DNA of 63,993 nucleotides, counting the filler, from Dugesia japonica (lineage: Eukaryota): NCBI GenBank assembly GCA_001938525.1. It is 6 parts of 6 records of this genome, joined end to end, with 100 filler letters (N's around TTAATTAATTAA, not from the genome) between each part and the next. Parts side by side here need not be neighbours in the genome. Positions count along the whole stretch, not along the records: positions 55,314 to 63,993 come from MQRL01582288.1; 5 more parts are not named here. One strand, written 5' to 3'. The first letter of the stretch is position 1, and every line of letters begins with the position of its first letter. This document shows positions 63,166 through 63,993 of the stretch, piece after piece. Position numbers and translations under genes: made by a program. The notes below the pieces were generated by a model. It was not told where the DNA came from. It was given only the letters and a program-made list of their open reading frames with translations, and searched no databases.

Positions 63166-63577
63166 TAATCATTCTTGTTTTTTCGCAAAATAATACCATT
63201 CAAATAATACCATACCAAATAAATATCACATTTAAATATCACATTTCCTAAAATTTTTTTTAAAAAAACTTTGGCTGTCTACCCGGATTCCATAAAAAGT
63301 TCGATTGAAAAAATTTTAAATTTTCATATAAATTAAACAGCATGAACTTTTTCCTCAAATGTCTGTGAAAAATGTTTTGCGCCTAAAAAGCTTGAAAAAC
63401 AATGTTTAAAAACATATAAAAAATTGAACACCACTTTTAAAAGTTTTTTCAAAAAATAGCACCATTTTTTTACAAAATTCACAGAAATTTACACAATTTA
63501 TAAAACTTTATCGCCACTTTTAAAAGATCTCCCCAAATAAGAGGGAATGTGTTACTTTGCATTACTATCTACCTACT
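63166..63577 (-). repeat. Second orphan Polinton-like terminus ending ...ACTATCTACCTACT
   Basis: The minus strand begins AGTAGGTAGATAGTAATGCAAAGTAACACATTCC. The terminal 14 nt are identical to the 62031 end. Confidence 0.65.
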
Positions 63578-63993
63578 AAAGAAACTATTTTCCTCAGTTT
63601 CTGAGGAAGGCTATGCCGAAATATGGAAAATAGAAGAACAACAACTTTGATCTTTGGTTGTTAAAAACTTTTTTATAATAAACCTATATATTTATTGACA
63701 GATCAAGGGTTAAGAAATAATTTTTAAAGTTTTAAAAAAATTTTAAAAATAGATTTATAATAAATACCAAATTCATTAAAACTAAATTTCATTGTTTCTC
63801 ATAGTATCTATTAAGACATACACTAATTGCATTAAAACGTAGAGTGATTTCATTTAATTTTCAGGTTCTAAAGTTTAAATTCAACAAGAAGCAATTTACT
63901 TTTAATATATTTTATCCAATATATTTAATCCAATTTATCAAATCATTGAAACATACAAATTCTACTAAAATATACATCAATTTTATTAATTAT

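Noticed and set aside
23701-63577. Pairing the 23701/44772 ends with the 62031/63577 ends as one giant element
   Set aside because: Interior TIR sequences and box spacing differ, flanking 6-mers do not match, and assembly spacers intervene.

Overview
This is very AT-rich eukaryotic DNA, most likely from an invertebrate animal. It is a draft scaffold with many N gaps and five artificial N-TTAATTAATTAA-N spacers. Most recognisable sequence is nested, decayed mobile DNA. (1) Three Polinton/Maverick (adintovirus-like) remnants. P1 (~4.4-12.8 kb) has pPolB, a TM ORF and an AGTAGT terminus. P2 (~23.7-33.7 kb) is nearly complete: terminus, rve integrase, packaging ATPase, GG-core protein, penton, adenain protease, fibre-like ORF, TM ORF and a convergent pPolB, but no major capsid gene is visible. 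P3 (~55.3-58.8 kb) has a different gene order: ATPase tail, core proteins, penton and major capsid. Four termini share an AGTAGrYAGATAGT...ACACWTTC signature. (2) Six compact Ty3/Gypsy remnants with short LTRs, nested reciprocally with the Polintons. (3) Fragments of mariner, Tc1, pogo/Tigger, hAT-like and non-LTR elements, plus MITE-like inverted repeats and satellites. Host-type coding sequence is limited to an intact 601-aa ORF built from six tandem pipsqueak/CENP-B-type HTH repeats with no transposase domain, and an exon of an RGK-like small GTPase. An unexplained GC-richer block at 40.8-44.8 kb carries an array of small co-oriented ORFs, most followed by a polyA signal. All family assignments come from manual motif recognition; no searches were run.
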